A stretch of 64,000 bases of DNA from Flavobacteriales bacterium (GCA_965658995.1 CBFHVI010000004.1:7836-71835), one strand, 5' to 3'; shown: positions 19,614 to 30,925, numbered from the stretch's first letter. Numbers and translations are program-made. Notes: generated by a model not told the origin, from the letters alone.

Positions 19614-20279
19614 TTAAGCCGTAATTCTATTGTTTCTATTAATCAAAATAAGAGAAGTCCAAATTACCAAAGAGGCATCTACCAAAAACACGAATTTCTG
19701 TAGGAACGGCATGTAGTAAATACCTACCTTAGTTTCGAAACCAAGATAGAGACAAATACTCATTATAAACACAATGTAGGTCAATGTTTTGAATGGCCTA
19801 TTTTTATACTTTACAAGTTCAATAAAAATAGGCACAAACGCCATAGAAGCAATTATTCCTACTAGCGTCACCACCAAATCGTGCAATTCTTCCTGGTACA
19901 TGAAGGTAAAAATAGCCATAGACAAAACGCCTAAAATCTTAATAAGTTTGGTGTTTCTGTTAGTTTTTTCAAAAATATTGGGCAGGACATAAAAGAAAGA
20001 TATCATGGTAATACTAAGAACTAGATGAGCTAAATTTGCGAGTAGTTTGCCGTCATTTTTCAATCCCGAATGTGTGATTAGGTTATTGGTATCACACAAA
20101 AAATTATGAAAAAAACTGTAGCCATCTTGGGCGGCAGGGACATTATCGGAACCACCAGGATACAGCAGAGCTGCTGTGGTAAACATAATGAGATAGGCGG
20201 TAATCCCGATGACAGGAAAATAGACTACAATGCGGTTAAATGTTTTCACGTGTGGTAAAGTTAAAGCACGAAAGTACAA
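19614..20279 (-). CDS. multi-pass membrane protein (DUF998-like)
   Basis: About 5-6 TM helices; YPGGS..GYSFFHNFLCD motif. Confidence 0.6.
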   Translation of the reverse strand: MYFRALTLPHVKTFNRIVVYFPVIGITAYLIMFTTAALLYPGGSDNVPAAQDGYSFFHNFLCDTNNLITHSGLKNDGKLLANLAHLVLSITMISFFYVLPNIFEKTNRNTKLIKILGVLSMAIFTFMYQEELHDLVVTLVGIIASMAFVPIFIELVKYKNRPFKTLTYIVFIMSICLYLGFETKVGIYYMPFLQKFVFLVDASLVIWTSLILINRNNRITA

Positions 20280-20302
20280 CGATTATTAGTAGGATTCTAC
20301 TT

Positions 20303-21289
20303 TTACAATCGAGAAGACTCTACCCACTTAAATTGATAATCGCTTTCTGGAAGTTTCATCCTTTCGGCAATCCGGAGCATTCTACTTGGTAATTTCATTA
20401 AGTAGTCCCTCGCCTTTTCAGCTTCGTCTGTTAGGTTCGTTATTTTATCAATTTCCCATCGTTTGATGAGTTTTTCCAAAATATCAACATAATCTTTTGC
20501 CGTGTATACACCAATTCGCTGAGCTGTATTGGAAAACTCTTCGAAAGCTGTTCCCATTTTCATTCCCGATTCTCTCAAGAAATGAGCGGGCATGGTGATT
20601 TTCTTTTTCATCATGTCGGTAAATGCAAGCATCATTTGGCTAGGATCTACCGAAAATATTCTTTCCACAAATTCGGAATAAGCAGTGTGGTGCCTCATTT
20701 CATCACCCGCTACTATTTTACACATTTTGGCAAGTTGCTTGTTTCCGTGTTTTTTGGCAATTTCGGACACGCGATTGTGCGATACGTAAGTAGCCAATTC
20801 CTGAAAACTTGTGTAAATAAAGTTTTTGTATGGATCGCGATCAGTTCCTATATCAAATCCGTCTGCAATTAAGTGTTGTGTGGTAATTTCCACTTCTTTC
20901 ATGTTTACCTTTCCTGATAAATACAAGTATTTGTTGAGCAAATCTCCGTGTCTATTTTCTTCGGATGTCCACTGGGCCACCCAAGTTGCCCATCCGTTTC
21001 CTTCAACCTGATCTACACCTTCTACATCCATCAACCAAGATTCGTAAGTAGGCAAAGCCTCCTCAGTAATCATGTCGCCCACCAGTACTACCCAAAAATC
21101 GTAGGGCATTTCCTTTGCAAGTTCTTGAAGTTCTTCAATTTGATCAAGAAAATTATCCTGTCGGGCGTCTGGCAAAAAGTCTTGCGGTTGCCAAATAGAG
21201 TCAATTGGAATCAAGTATTTTTGAATCAGAGAGTCCACATCTTTTTCGAGATGTTTCATCACTTCCAATCGGACATTTTTTTGAGACAT
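20303..21289 (-). CDS. soluble acyl-ACP desaturase (di-iron, plant/DesA-type)
   Basis: WQPQDFLPD, GDMITEEALPTY, EENRHG, SFQELAT, DEMRH. Confidence 0.92.
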   Translation of the reverse strand: MSQKNVRLEVMKHLEKDVDSLIQKYLIPIDSIWQPQDFLPDARQDNFLDQIEELQELAKEMPYDFWVVLVGDMITEEALPTYESWLMDVEGVDQVEGNGWATWVAQWTSEENRHGDLLNKYLYLSGKVNMKEVEITTQHLIADGFDIGTDRDPYKNFIYTSFQELATYVSHNRVSEIAKKHGNKQLAKMCKIVAGDEMRHHTAYSEFVERIFSVDPSQMMLAFTDMMKKKITMPAHFLRESGMKMGTAFEEFSNTAQRIGVYTAKDYVDILEKLIKRWEIDKITNLTDEAEKARDYLMKLPSRMLRIAERMKLPESDYQFKWVESSRL

Positions 21290-21409
21290 AGAATTGTTTT
21301 TTTATAATTCGTTACAAGGATAAGGAAATAATTAAAAGGAAATAAACAATCGCCCATGTTTATAGAGAGAGTCACTTTGTTTGAATTCTTTTATAATAAA
21401 AAGAACTAC

Positions 21410-21751
21410 TTAGACAAAGGCAATTGTTTGTTCTCTTTCGCTTTGGTCGTTTTTCGACAAAGTCAATCTAATAATACTGTCTTTCAAAGCTTTTAGGTCA
21501 TGAGGAATGAAACTTTCCAAAGCGATTAAGTCGCCTTTATCAAGATTCATCTTTTCATTTTGTACACCAAATATTATGTTACTCTCCACTATCTCTACCA
21601 CAATTGGAAATGAAGTTTGGTGTTTTTTCATTTCGGTACCCGCCTTCATGGCTATTCTTGCTTCTTTTGTAAATGAAGTTTCAAAAAGCACCGTAACAAC
21701 GAGCTTCGATTCATGAAATTCAATGTCTTGTAGGAGTGATGCATTATTCAT
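21410..21751 (-). CDS. cupin domain protein
   Basis: MKKHQTSFPI..KGDLIALE..IPHDLKA; start set at MNNAS rather than the track's 21793. Confidence 0.7.
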   Translation of the reverse strand: MNNASLLQDIEFHESKLVVTVLFETSFTKEARIAMKAGTEMKKHQTSFPIVVEIVESNIIFGVQNEKMNLDKGDLIALESFIPHDLKALKDSIIRLTLSKNDQSEREQTIAFV

Positions 21752-21829
21752 AGAAGTGGACTGAGAGTTTATCAAAACTAAACAAAACCTCATGACTCAA
21801 ACCTGATAAATCTCAGTAAAAAAACTGAG

Positions 21830-24800
21830 TTAAAAGAAGGCTCTTACCTCAATTGTTCCCGCATGAATAGTATTGAAATCTTCAGGTTTTCGTCCATTGT
21901 ACGAAATACTCAGGTCCAGGTTTTTGCCAATTTTTCTGTTGAGAAGGAGTTCCCAAGTCATGTTGTTTCCTCTTTTTAGCCCCTCGAGCATTTCGTATTC
22001 TAGGGAGGAGTTGGGCGCACCAGAGAAACTAATGGCTATAAAATTGAATCCAGCCACCAAATTAAGTTTATTGACAATGGTATATTTTGCTCTTGCACCT
22101 GCCGAAGTAAGTGAAGCAAATTCGCCTTCGAGGAGGTTTGTTTTTTCTTCGTAGGATGACAAAAAATCGAGATTAAAATTCGCTCCTTTTTGATAGGTAA
22201 GGGTAGGAGAAATTTTCCGTGTTTCTAGTTCAAAATTTCGACTAGCCAAAAAATCAGAGTTTAATATTTTTTGAGTTACCTCATTTTTAATTTTAACCAA
22301 AAACTTATCAAATCTATATCGTAAATTTACGCCATATATCGTAGATACTCTTGAATCAAATCCATTGGAAAGAAGCACTTTATTCCCCATTTGTTGAAAT
22401 GAAACTTCAACTCCATGTTTGTAGCCGGCTCTATTAAAAAACAAGGAAGACCTAAGCTGATTATTGAGCGAAACCAAATTGGAATCGTTGAGGTTTGTGG
22501 CAAAAGGATTCAAACTGGAGTTTGGACTTTCGAAAGTGGTTTTTCGATCAATTTTTGCAGCCGAAACAGAAGAAATTTTTGAAAGAAATCGATAGAATTT
22601 GCTCGTTTTATCTTGGAGTAAAGTACGTGGCGAAATCGCGATAGATTGGGTAAATTGATTGGAAACTGTTTGGATATAGTCATTACTCTGTGTAAACACT
22701 CGGATGTAGTTTGCTTGGTCTTGAAAGGCCGCCACTTCAAATTCATTTATTTCTTTTGTGCCATTTTCGTTATAATCTATCCAAGTAAAAACTCCCTGTC
22801 CTGGGTTTACCTCAACATACAGAAACTCTCTTTTCTGTTCCAATCCAGATCCCACACTGTAAAAAGTATTGAGACTCACCAATTGTTTCCAGAAGGAAGT
22901 AGAAAAATTGGTCTGATTGAGAAAAGTGTTTTCAGGAGCAATCCCCACAATCGATTCGGTAGGCACGAGTTGACGATAGGCCACATTTCCTTTTAATTGA
23001 GTACGGTTGTTGTTGCTTTTTAATTGGTAATCAACTCCCGCTTCGTGCGAGTATGCCGATTGAACCAATGTAGCCTGCCGAGAGATTTTTTCATTACGAT
23101 ATCCGTAGTACAAGGAATAAAAACGAGAGGGTTTTTTCTCCTTTTTTAGGTAAATTCTTCCGTCATAAAAAGAATAGCTCGCAGGCAAAATAGAATCGTT
23201 TTGTAGAAAAAGGTTTTGTTCCACTTCATCCTTGTAGCCAAGGATCAGTGTGCCTATTTTTTGCTCAATCACCGACTTATGTCGATAAAACTGAGTGTTG
23301 GACTCTCCCTCCGAAATTAACAAGCTTCCAGCATATTTAGCTTCAGTATTGTTCCAGTCTCCTTGTCCAGAAAAATCATTTTTTATTCCTCTAAATTGTT
23401 TACCTAAATCCAAAACATCCAAGTTGTAGGTAAATTTACCCACACTGTCTTTTTGTAGACCAATATTAAAATTACCAAGAACCAATGGAGTAGTAATTTC
23501 ATCAAACCCTAAGTTCCAATTTCGATTAAACTCAATCGCTCTAAATTTTTCTACTGGACTAAAATGAATACTAGTAAAGTCAATCGAACCACCAGATTGG
23601 AGTAAAGCGCTATTTTTTTTCTCCGAAACTTTCTTGGAATACACCATCTCAACCCTCGAACCCATTCCAATATTTTGGTTGTTTCCTTGTTCAGAAAAAG
23701 TATTTACATCTTCATTGGAAAGAGCCAAATCTGTTTTTATTTGGAGATTTTTGTTCACTTTAAAGTTGTTTTCAAGGGTAATTAATTGTTTTCGTTTTGG
23801 AGTAATCAGCAAAATGGCTGGCACGTAATTTCCATACTGCACAATTGTTCCGCTCACCGTATCGGGTTTTACCCATTTATACACGTTTCCAAAAGGCGAA
23901 AATCCTTCTCGAATATAATTTCCATTACCCGAACCTACATCCGAAAACTGAACCCTGTACAGTGTTGTGTCGCTGGTGGGTGCATGCAAATATACGGAAT
24001 AGCCAAGCGAATCAATTTTTATGTAGGAAACCACATTTTCGTCCTCCCCAACAGGTGATTCTCTTTGGATAAAGGCTTTCGTCACATCATTTCCTACTAC
24101 CGACATAAGGGCTTTTTCGGAGTCTTCCAACTCTTGAAATAAGGGCTGATTTTTGTGATCTTGTTCGCTATAAACCCTCAAAAATGTTTCAGAATTTTTG
24201 TTTTTGTAGTGCGTTTGCGCATTCGCGATTGACCTAAGATAGTTTCGGTCTGTATACTGAAACTGAACTTCAATTCGTTTGTTTTTGGTTATCAAAAATT
24301 TGGGTGTAAAAATTATCTCAGCCGAATTGTAATCAATGATATAATCGTGATCGGCACCTCGTTGAAGTAAAACCCCATCTACAAATACTTGTTCCGTTCC
24401 GGATAGAATAAGTACAAATAGCTCATTATCGGCACCGGTCAGTTTATAGGGACCCTGATTTCCTTCAATTCCTTGGAAAAACTGAATCCTGTATTTTCCT
24501 CGAGAGACCGCGGCACCCACTTCCAGTGAAATGGATTTACTGTCTTTGGTTTGAAAAGAATTTGAATAAAACAACCCCATGGATTTTTTGCGATATCGCA
24601 TGTAATGAGAATCAAATCTTTCTATCGAATAATCACCCGCAATAAGTTTCCATTTATCGTCCGTAAGTTGAATGAATACATTGTCAAAATCTTGTAACTG
24701 TTGAGTATTTCCGTCAGGTTGAATGGGAATGTTTTCATCAGTAACCGAAGCAAGGACAGAAACTCCTTCTCCAATTTTCCCCGATAATTGTAGATTAAAA

Positions 24801-25270
24801 TTTGAATTCACTCCCAAGTCTTGGGCATTTCCCAAAGAAATACCTCTCGATATACTCCCCGACTTAGTGAGGTTATCACCCCCAAACAACTCCAGTTCTT
24901 GGGCGCCAGGGTTGTTACTTCTAAACGGATTTGTGTAGGAAAATATCGGCTGAATCAAGCTCGTATCTTTTTTGTAGTATTTCTTGGCAAAATACAGAGC
25001 AAATAGATTGTACACGACCCTTACTTTCTGAGGGGTTTGTCCATACCAAGTCAAGGAAGATTCATCCCAGTTAAGGGTATACAAAGAATCATCTACTGGT
25101 ATGTCTCCGCGATAGACTCTAAAAGACTCTGGTACGATTGAGAGGCTGTCTAATTGCACAAAGGAAGTATCAACAAGAATTATTTTATCTACCCGCTGAG
25201 CCGTGGAGAAAAACACCGACAACAGAAAGAACACAAAAAAGATATATTTCCAAAAAAATCTCACTGTCAA
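21830..25270 (-). CDS. large conserved Bacteroidota outer-membrane protein (probable beta-barrel)
   Basis: Signal peptide, SGSISRGIS.GN.QD, EG.QGPY.L, alternating amphipathic strands, terminal Phe. Confidence 0.7.
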   Translation of the reverse strand: MTVRFFWKYIFFVFFLLSVFFSTAQRVDKIILVDTSFVQLDSLSIVPESFRVYRGDIPVDDSLYTLNWDESSLTWYGQTPQKVRVVYNLFALYFAKKYYKKDTSLIQPIFSYTNPFRSNNPGAQELELFGGDNLTKSGSISRGISLGNAQDLGVNSNFNLQLSGKIGEGVSVLASVTDENIPIQPDGNTQQLQDFDNVFIQLTDDKWKLIAGDYSIERFDSHYMRYRKKSMGLFYSNSFQTKDSKSISLEVGAAVSRGKYRIQFFQGIEGNQGPYKLTGADNELFVLILSGTEQVFVDGVLLQRGADHDYIIDYNSAEIIFTPKFLITKNKRIEVQFQYTDRNYLRSIANAQTHYKNKNSETFLRVYSEQDHKNQPLFQELEDSEKALMSVVGNDVTKAFIQRESPVGEDENVVSYIKIDSLGYSVYLHAPTSDTTLYRVQFSDVGSGNGNYIREGFSPFGNVYKWVKPDTVSGTIVQYGNYVPAILLITPKRKQLITLENNFKVNKNLQIKTDLALSNEDVNTFSEQGNNQNIGMGSRVEMVYSKKVSEKKNSALLQSGGSIDFTSIHFSPVEKFRAIEFNRNWNLGFDEITTPLVLGNFNIGLQKDSVGKFTYNLDVLDLGKQFRGIKNDFSGQGDWNNTEAKYAGSLLISEGESNTQFYRHKSVIEQKIGTLILGYKDEVEQNLFLQNDSILPASYSFYDGRIYLKKEKKPSRFYSLYYGYRNEKISRQATLVQSAYSHEAGVDYQLKSNNNRTQLKGNVAYRQLVPTESIVGIAPENTFLNQTNFSTSFWKQLVSLNTFYSVGSGLEQKREFLYVEVNPGQGVFTWIDYNENGTKEINEFEVAAFQDQANYIRVFTQSNDYIQTVSNQFTQSIAISPRTLLQDKTSKFYRFLSKISSVSAAKIDRKTTFESPNSSLNPFATNLNDSNLVSLNNQLRSSLFFNRAGYKHGVEVSFQQMGNKVLLSNGFDSRVSTIYGVNLRYRFDKFLVKIKNEVTQKILNSDFLASRNFELETRKISPTLTYQKGANFNLDFLSSYEEKTNLLEGEFASLTSAGARAKYTIVNKLNLVAGFNFIAISFSGAPNSSLEYEMLEGLKRGNNMTWELLLNRKIGKNLDLSISYNGRKPEDFNTIHAGTIEVRAFF

Positions 25271-25453
25271 ACTTACGATTTAACTCAGAAATTGTTGTTT
25301 CGACATTCATTTTATTTGACACGGAAAGAAACGCTTTTTCCCTTTTACCACAAAATTAAGACAAAGATTATCTGCGGTCATGAATTTCGTTATAAACAAA
25401 CAACTTTCAATAACCCGCAAAATAAGTAGGTAGAGACTTTCGTATCTTTTGGT

Positions 25454-27172
25454 ATGTTTGTATTTATTACACCACCAAAAACTAATCGAATGAGAGTAAT
25501 CGTATGCTTGTTATTATTGATTGTAGGAACACAAAGTTTTTCGCAGAAGGTCGTTCCTTACGAATTAGAGAAAACTTATTGGGACAAAGGAAGAACTAAA
25601 TTGCGCAGCATAGGATATGTAAACAACAATCCGTATTTGAGTTATTTTGGTGCCAAAGAGGGGGAGTGGAAGTTTTATCACAAGAACGGAAACATTCAAG
25701 AAATTTCGTATTTCAACCAAGGCGTTTATGTGAACGAATCAACTCAGTTCTATCCTTCCGGAAAAAAAATGATTGAAAGTTTTTTTTACCTAGGAGAAAA
25801 AGATAGCGCTTACACTTCTTATTTTGAAAATGGAAGAATTGCCGAAAAAGGACAGTATGACAAAGGAATAAAAACAGGAGTTTGGGAATATTGGTACGTT
25901 GATTCCAGCTTACGAATGATTGCCCGATATGATTCTCTTGAAAGAGAAAGAGTGGGGTCTTTTTGGGACAAAAACAAAACACAAACAATCAAAAATGGAA
26001 ACGGAAAGAAAATTTCGTTTTACGAAAGCGGAAAGATAAAAGAGGAGTTCAACTATCGAGATAGCTTGCTCGAGGGCGAAATGAAACAATTAAAAGCTTC
26101 GGGAAATCCATTGACATTGGGAATGTACAAGGAAGGGAAAAAACAAGGGAAGTGGACAACCTATTTTTTATTGGAGAACCAAATACGCACCGAAAAACAA
26201 TTTGTACAAGATAGCTTGACAGGAAAATATACCAAGTATTTTGAAAACGGTAGGGTAAATATTTCGGGTGAGTTTTTAAACAACAAAAAAGAAGGAGATT
26301 GGAAATGGTTTGATAAGCAGGGAGGAAAAGACATGGAAGGTCAATTTGTGAAAGACCAACAATCGGGAAATTGGATTTATTATTATCCTTCAGGAAAGGT
26401 ACGAAACAATGGAAGTTTTCTGGAAGGAAAAAAAACGGGGAAATGGGAGTTTTTCTACAAAAATGGAAGAAAACATAAAGAGGGAACCTACAAAAACGAT
26501 GAAAAAAATGGAGAATGGACGGTGTGGTTTGAGAACAAAAAAATGCTTCACAAAGGAAACTTCACCAATGGAAAGGAAAATGGGTTTTGGGAATCTTGGT
26601 ATGAAAGTGGAGAGAAAAAGGACGCAGGAACATACAAAAACGGGGTGTTTCATGGTGAGTGGCAAGGATGGTATCCAAATAAGAACAAAAGATATGAAGG
26701 CAGTTGGGACAATAATTACAAGACAGGTAACTGGACGTATTGGCACGCCAATGGAATTAAAAAAGAAGAAGGAAAGTACAAAGTGATTGAGGTTAAAAGA
26801 AAAAAACTTAAAATAGAAGAAACCATAGAAAAAAGCGTAAAACACGGAAAATGGAATGTGATGAGCGAAGTTGATGGCTCGTTGGTGAGCACAGAGAATT
26901 TTAAAAATGGTAAAAAACATGGAAAATGGACGTTTTATTTTCCAGGTGGAGAATTGATTTCTACACAAATGAAATACAAGAAAGGTCTGCTTCACGGAAC
27001 TTTTAAGTCCTATGATCGTAGCGGAAGATTAATGAGTGAAGTGAATTATAAAAAGAATGTAAAACATGGTAAAACCATTATTTACGATCAAAACGGGACG
27101 GTAGTAAAACAAATGGAATACAAGCACGGAAACCGAACGGACAACAAAATAAAGGGGTATTCTCCAATTTGA
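25454..27172 (+). CDS. exported MORN-variant repeat protein (YwqK-like annotation class)
   Basis: Many G.W..(Y/W)..NG...EG.(Y/F)..G repeats; likely start at 25490 (MRVIVCLL, signal peptide). Confidence 0.85.
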   Translation: MFVFITPPKTNRMRVIVCLLLLIVGTQSFSQKVVPYELEKTYWDKGRTKLRSIGYVNNNPYLSYFGAKEGEWKFYHKNGNIQEISYFNQGVYVNESTQFYPSGKKMIESFFYLGEKDSAYTSYFENGRIAEKGQYDKGIKTGVWEYWYVDSSLRMIARYDSLERERVGSFWDKNKTQTIKNGNGKKISFYESGKIKEEFNYRDSLLEGEMKQLKASGNPLTLGMYKEGKKQGKWTTYFLLENQIRTEKQFVQDSLTGKYTKYFENGRVNISGEFLNNKKEGDWKWFDKQGGKDMEGQFVKDQQSGNWIYYYPSGKVRNNGSFLEGKKTGKWEFFYKNGRKHKEGTYKNDEKNGEWTVWFENKKMLHKGNFTNGKENGFWESWYESGEKKDAGTYKNGVFHGEWQGWYPNKNKRYEGSWDNNYKTGNWTYWHANGIKKEEGKYKVIEVKRKKLKIEETIEKSVKHGKWNVMSEVDGSLVSTENFKNGKKHGKWTFYFPGGELISTQMKYKKGLLHGTFKSYDRSGRLMSEVNYKKNVKHGKTIIYDQNGTVVKQMEYKHGNRTDNKIKGYSPI

Positions 27173-27250
27173 TAAAAATCGAACCTTGCAGGAAGCAAGA
27201 GTGAAAGTTAAAATTTAGTATACTTGTACATCTAACTGTTACTCTAACTT

Positions 27251-28836
27251 ATGCCAATAAGAATAATCAAAGACAAAAACACCCGAAGCAGCAATTCACC
27301 AAACAGACCCAACAACACAAGCGGAGGAAGGGGAAACCTGATAGCATTTTTGCCTGTTTTACTCAATCGATTTAAGAAGAACGCAAAACTTGGGATTGGC
27401 GTGGCCGTGATAGCTGGAATTCTTTATTTTTCGGGCGGACTAGATAAGTTTTTGGGCGGAGATGATAACCAAAACCAAGTGGTGGTTGCTCCCGATATGG
27501 ATTCCGATACTGAGTATTCGTTGGGAAGCACTTATGACGAAGAAAAATATGTAAATCCTGGGATTTTTGCCTCCTTGGCGAACAACCGTAAAAATCCATT
27601 ACCAAACAAAGTATCGTTATTAGAATACGCGCCAAAATCAATGAATCAAGGAAGTCAAGGCTCTTGTGTTGGCTGGGCGAGCTCGTATGCCGCCCGAACT
27701 ATTTTGGAATCTCGAGCTACCGGAAAAACCCCCAATCAAGTAATTTTTTCTCCTTCGTTTTTATACAACCAAATAGCCCTACCCGGATGCCAAGGAACTT
27801 ACATTAGTGAAGCCATGAAAAACATGAACAACGTGGATGGATTGCCTTATTCTCAGTTTCCCTACAACGAAAGAAGTTGCGATAAAAAACCAGATAACTA
27901 TGAAAGAACGGAAGCTTCGCAATACAAAATTAAAGGGCATAACCGATTGACCAAAAACGGCAACAAACATAAAACAGATTTACTTGCAATCAAACAAAAC
28001 CTAGTTCAAGGCTGGCCAGTCGTAATTGGAATGATGGTGTGAGGAACTTTTATGCAGCAAATGCAAGGCAAAGATGTATGGAGACCCACAAACAGCGATT
28101 ACAACCTAAGAGGATTTGGAGGCCATGCGATGTGCGTAATTAGCTATGACGATTACAAGAAGGGGTAGCTTTTCAAATTATGAATTCTTGGGGACCAAGC
28201 TGGGGAAATAACGGAGTTTGCTGGGTGAGCTACAAAGATTTCGATTATTTTACCAAAGAAGCCTACGGATTGTAACCAAAGGGAAAAGCCAAGGACGCCA
28301 AGTTTGATCCAAATAAACTGGAAATGAAATTTGGATTGGTAAACAATGCCACAGGCCAAAACATTCCTTTTGAGTTTGTGAGTGGAATTACTTTTAAAAC
28401 CACGCAACCCATGACGATTGGAATGCAGTTTAAAATCGAATCTACCAATTCTATTGAGTGTTACACCTATGTATTTGGGCAAGAAACAGACGGAAGTAGC
28501 TACACACTATTTCCTTACACAGAGAAACATTCTCCCTATTGCGGAATTACAGGAACTCGATTGTTTCCAAACGATCATTCGCTCGTGGCAGATGATGTAG
28601 GAAACAAAGATTACATGGCGATAGTAGTGTCCAAAAAACCCATTGATTACACCCAATTAAATACCTTGATAAATAAAGCTTCTGGAGCTACTTATGCTGA
28701 AAAAGTGCAAAGAGCTGTTCAATCACAGCAAATTCCAAATCTGCAATTTAACTCCAACCGAGAAACGATAAATGCCAATGCCGATACTCAAGGAAAGAAT
28801 ATCATGGCGGTGGTGCTAGAGATTGATAAGCGTTAA
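27251..28836 (+). pseudogene. papain-like C1 peptidase with C-terminal DUF4384-like domain, disrupted
   Basis: QGSQGSCVGW (Cys), GGHAMCVI (His) and IMNSWG (Asn) are split by TGA at 28040-28042, a frameshift near 28160-28168 and TAA at 28273-28275. Confidence 0.85.
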
Positions 28837-28853
28837 CCCCACATTTATTCAGA

Positions 28854-28944
28854 GTCATTCCGGCCTCTGAGCCGGAATCTTAACCATTGAACTATTTCTT
28901 GAAATATTCTCTTGGAGTTCAAGAAATAAATTCAGGATGACGAT
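28854..28944. repeat. convergent pair of GTCA-footed REP-like palindromes
   Basis: GTCATTCCGGCCTCTGAGCCGGAATCT (28854-28880) and a degenerate inverted partner ..GAAATAAATTCAGGATGAC. Confidence 0.7.
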
Positions 28945-29010
28945 TGAAGAGTAAGAGGAATGGTTTATGTAACTTTGAGAAACAATTTTTAACCTTCTTT
29001 TTCTAGCAAT

Positions 29011-30270
29011 TTGAGAACAACAGAAATCCTTACCCATACTCTCACCTTAACTGAAATAGAAAGTATCTCGGGAAATTATGAGCAAGTGGTATTTCTCAAT
29101 TCCAATAACGATAAATCTATTTCGTATGTGGCGTTGGGAAAAAAAGCTGAATTTCAACCCAAAGAAAATCAAGTTTTTGATGGATTAAAACAATTTGTAG
29201 ACGAACACCAAGACTGGGTGTTTGGTTATTTAGGATATGACTTAAAAAACGAAGTAGAACCCTCTTTATCCTCTAAAAACAAAGATAAGTTGGAGTTTGA
29301 ACCCACTCACTTTTTTGTACCCGAAATTGTGTGCGAATTATCCCCTGATTTCACTAAACTACATTTTCATAAAACGGAAGAAAAAGAGCAGTTTTTATCG
29401 TTTTTAGGGTTAAAAAATCCAAAAACGAGTAAAAAAAGCCGAAAAATTACTTTTTCTCAAAGAATGAGCAAAGATAATTATGCCCAAAGATTTGAAGCCA
29501 TAAAAGAACATATTCAGCAGGGCGATATTTATGAAATGAATTTTTGCCATGAGTTTTTTGCCGAAAATGCGGAGATAAACCCTTTTGAGACTTACAACAA
29601 ATTAAATGAGTTAACTAATGCTCCGTTTTCTACTTTTTATAAAAACAGTGAGAAGTACATCTTGTGTGGAAGCCCTGAGCGATACATCAAAAAAGAAGCA
29701 GATAAAATAATTACCCAACCCATAAAAGGAACGGCTAAAAGAGGGAAAACTAAGGAAGAAGACGAACAGATAAAACTGGAGCTTTCGCAAAATGAAAAAG
29801 AGAGAAGCGAGAATATTATGATAGTGGATTTGGTAAGAAATGATTTATCCAAAACTGCAAAAAGAGCTTCGGTAAAAGTAAAAGAGTTATGCAAAGTATA
29901 TTCTTTTGAAACGGTCCATCAGATGATTTCCACTGTAACCTCCGAAATTGACAAAACAACCCACCCCGTTGAGGTGCTACGAACTACCTTCCCAATGGGA
30001 TCGATGACTGGAGCACCCAAAGTGGAAGCCATGAAAATAATTGAAGAATTAGAAACAACCAAGAGAGGAGTGTACTCTGGAGCAATTGGCTATTTTAAAC
30101 CCAATCAAGATTTTGATTTTAATGTAGTAATCCGATCTTTGTTGTACAATGAAAAAACGAAGTATTTGTCGTTTATGGTAGGTGGAGCCATTACAAATAA
30201 AGCAAATGCAGAAGATGAGTACCAGGAGACTTTATTAAAAGCCGAGGCAATGATAGCAAGTTTGAAGTAA
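29011..30270 (+). CDS. pabB: aminodeoxychorismate synthase component I (chorismate-binding family)
   Basis: GYLGYDL, GDIYEMN, SPER, PIKGT, ENIMIVDLVRNDL, PMGSMTGAPK, YSGAIGY. Confidence 0.85.
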   Translation: MRTTEILTHTLTLTEIESISGNYEQVVFLNSNNDKSISYVALGKKAEFQPKENQVFDGLKQFVDEHQDWVFGYLGYDLKNEVEPSLSSKNKDKLEFEPTHFFVPEIVCELSPDFTKLHFHKTEEKEQFLSFLGLKNPKTSKKSRKITFSQRMSKDNYAQRFEAIKEHIQQGDIYEMNFCHEFFAENAEINPFETYNKLNELTNAPFSTFYKNSEKYILCGSPERYIKKEADKIITQPIKGTAKRGKTKEEDEQIKLELSQNEKERSENIMIVDLVRNDLSKTAKRASVKVKELCKVYSFETVHQMISTVTSEIDKTTHPVEVLRTTFPMGSMTGAPKVEAMKIIEELETTKRGVYSGAIGYFKPNQDFDFNVVIRSLLYNEKTKYLSFMVGGAITNKANAEDEYQETLLKAEAMIASLK

Positions 30271-30381
30271 GAAGCACAATTCTGAAGCCTTAGTTCGAGC
30301 GAACCTCCAGTATCGAAGGCTGACGGGCTAAGTAAATTGATTTTTATTATAAAAACCAACCACCTGTAACCAATAAAAAAA

Positions 30382-30915
30382 ATGAACAAAAAAACGTTAA
30401 ATAGCGAACTCGAAAGATTAACGATAGAGGAATTTAAATCGGAAGAAAAAACTCCCATCATTGTCTTGTTAGACAACATTAGAAGTTTAAATAATATTGG
30501 TTCAGTTTTTAGAACGGGAGATGCTTTTCGGATTGAAAAAATCTACCTGTGTGGATACACAGCAACTCCTCCCAATAAAGATATTGCAAAAACAGCTTTG
30601 GGAGCAACCAAATCAGTAGATTGGGAACACCGCGAAGACATTAAAGAATTAATTCAAGAATTGAAACAAAACACAACTAAGGTATACGCTATCGAACAAT
30701 CCTCCAATTCCGTAATGCTGGATGAGTTTTATCCCAAAAAGAAGGTAAAAACCGCAGTAATTTTCGGAAACGAAGTACAAGGAGTACAGCAAGAGGCGAT
30801 TGACCTGTGCGATGGTGTTATTGAAATCCCTCAAATTGGCACCAAACACTCTTTAAATATCTCTGTGTCGGCAGGTGTTGTGCTTTGGGATTTGTACGCT
30901 AAATTGAAGAAGTAA
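30382..30915 (+). CDS. SpoU/TrmH family RNA methyltransferase
   Basis: LDNIRSLNNIGSVFRT, FGNEV.G, SLNISVSAG. Confidence 0.92.
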   Translation: MNKKTLNSELERLTIEEFKSEEKTPIIVLLDNIRSLNNIGSVFRTGDAFRIEKIYLCGYTATPPNKDIAKTALGATKSVDWEHREDIKELIQELKQNTTKVYAIEQSSNSVMLDEFYPKKKVKTAVIFGNEVQGVQQEAIDLCDGVIEIPQIGTKHSLNISVSAGVVLWDLYAKLKK

Positions 30916-30925
30916 ATTTTCATCA

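Noticed and set aside
3740-27172. YwqK toxin-antitoxin systems for the two MORN-repeat genes
   Set aside because: Both have signal peptides and neither has an adjacent toxin-like ORF
28040-28042. TGA recoding (alternative code or selenocysteine) in the C1 peptidase
   Set aside because: The same gene also has a frameshift and a TAA, and TGA ends normal genes here (5281, 27172, dnaE)
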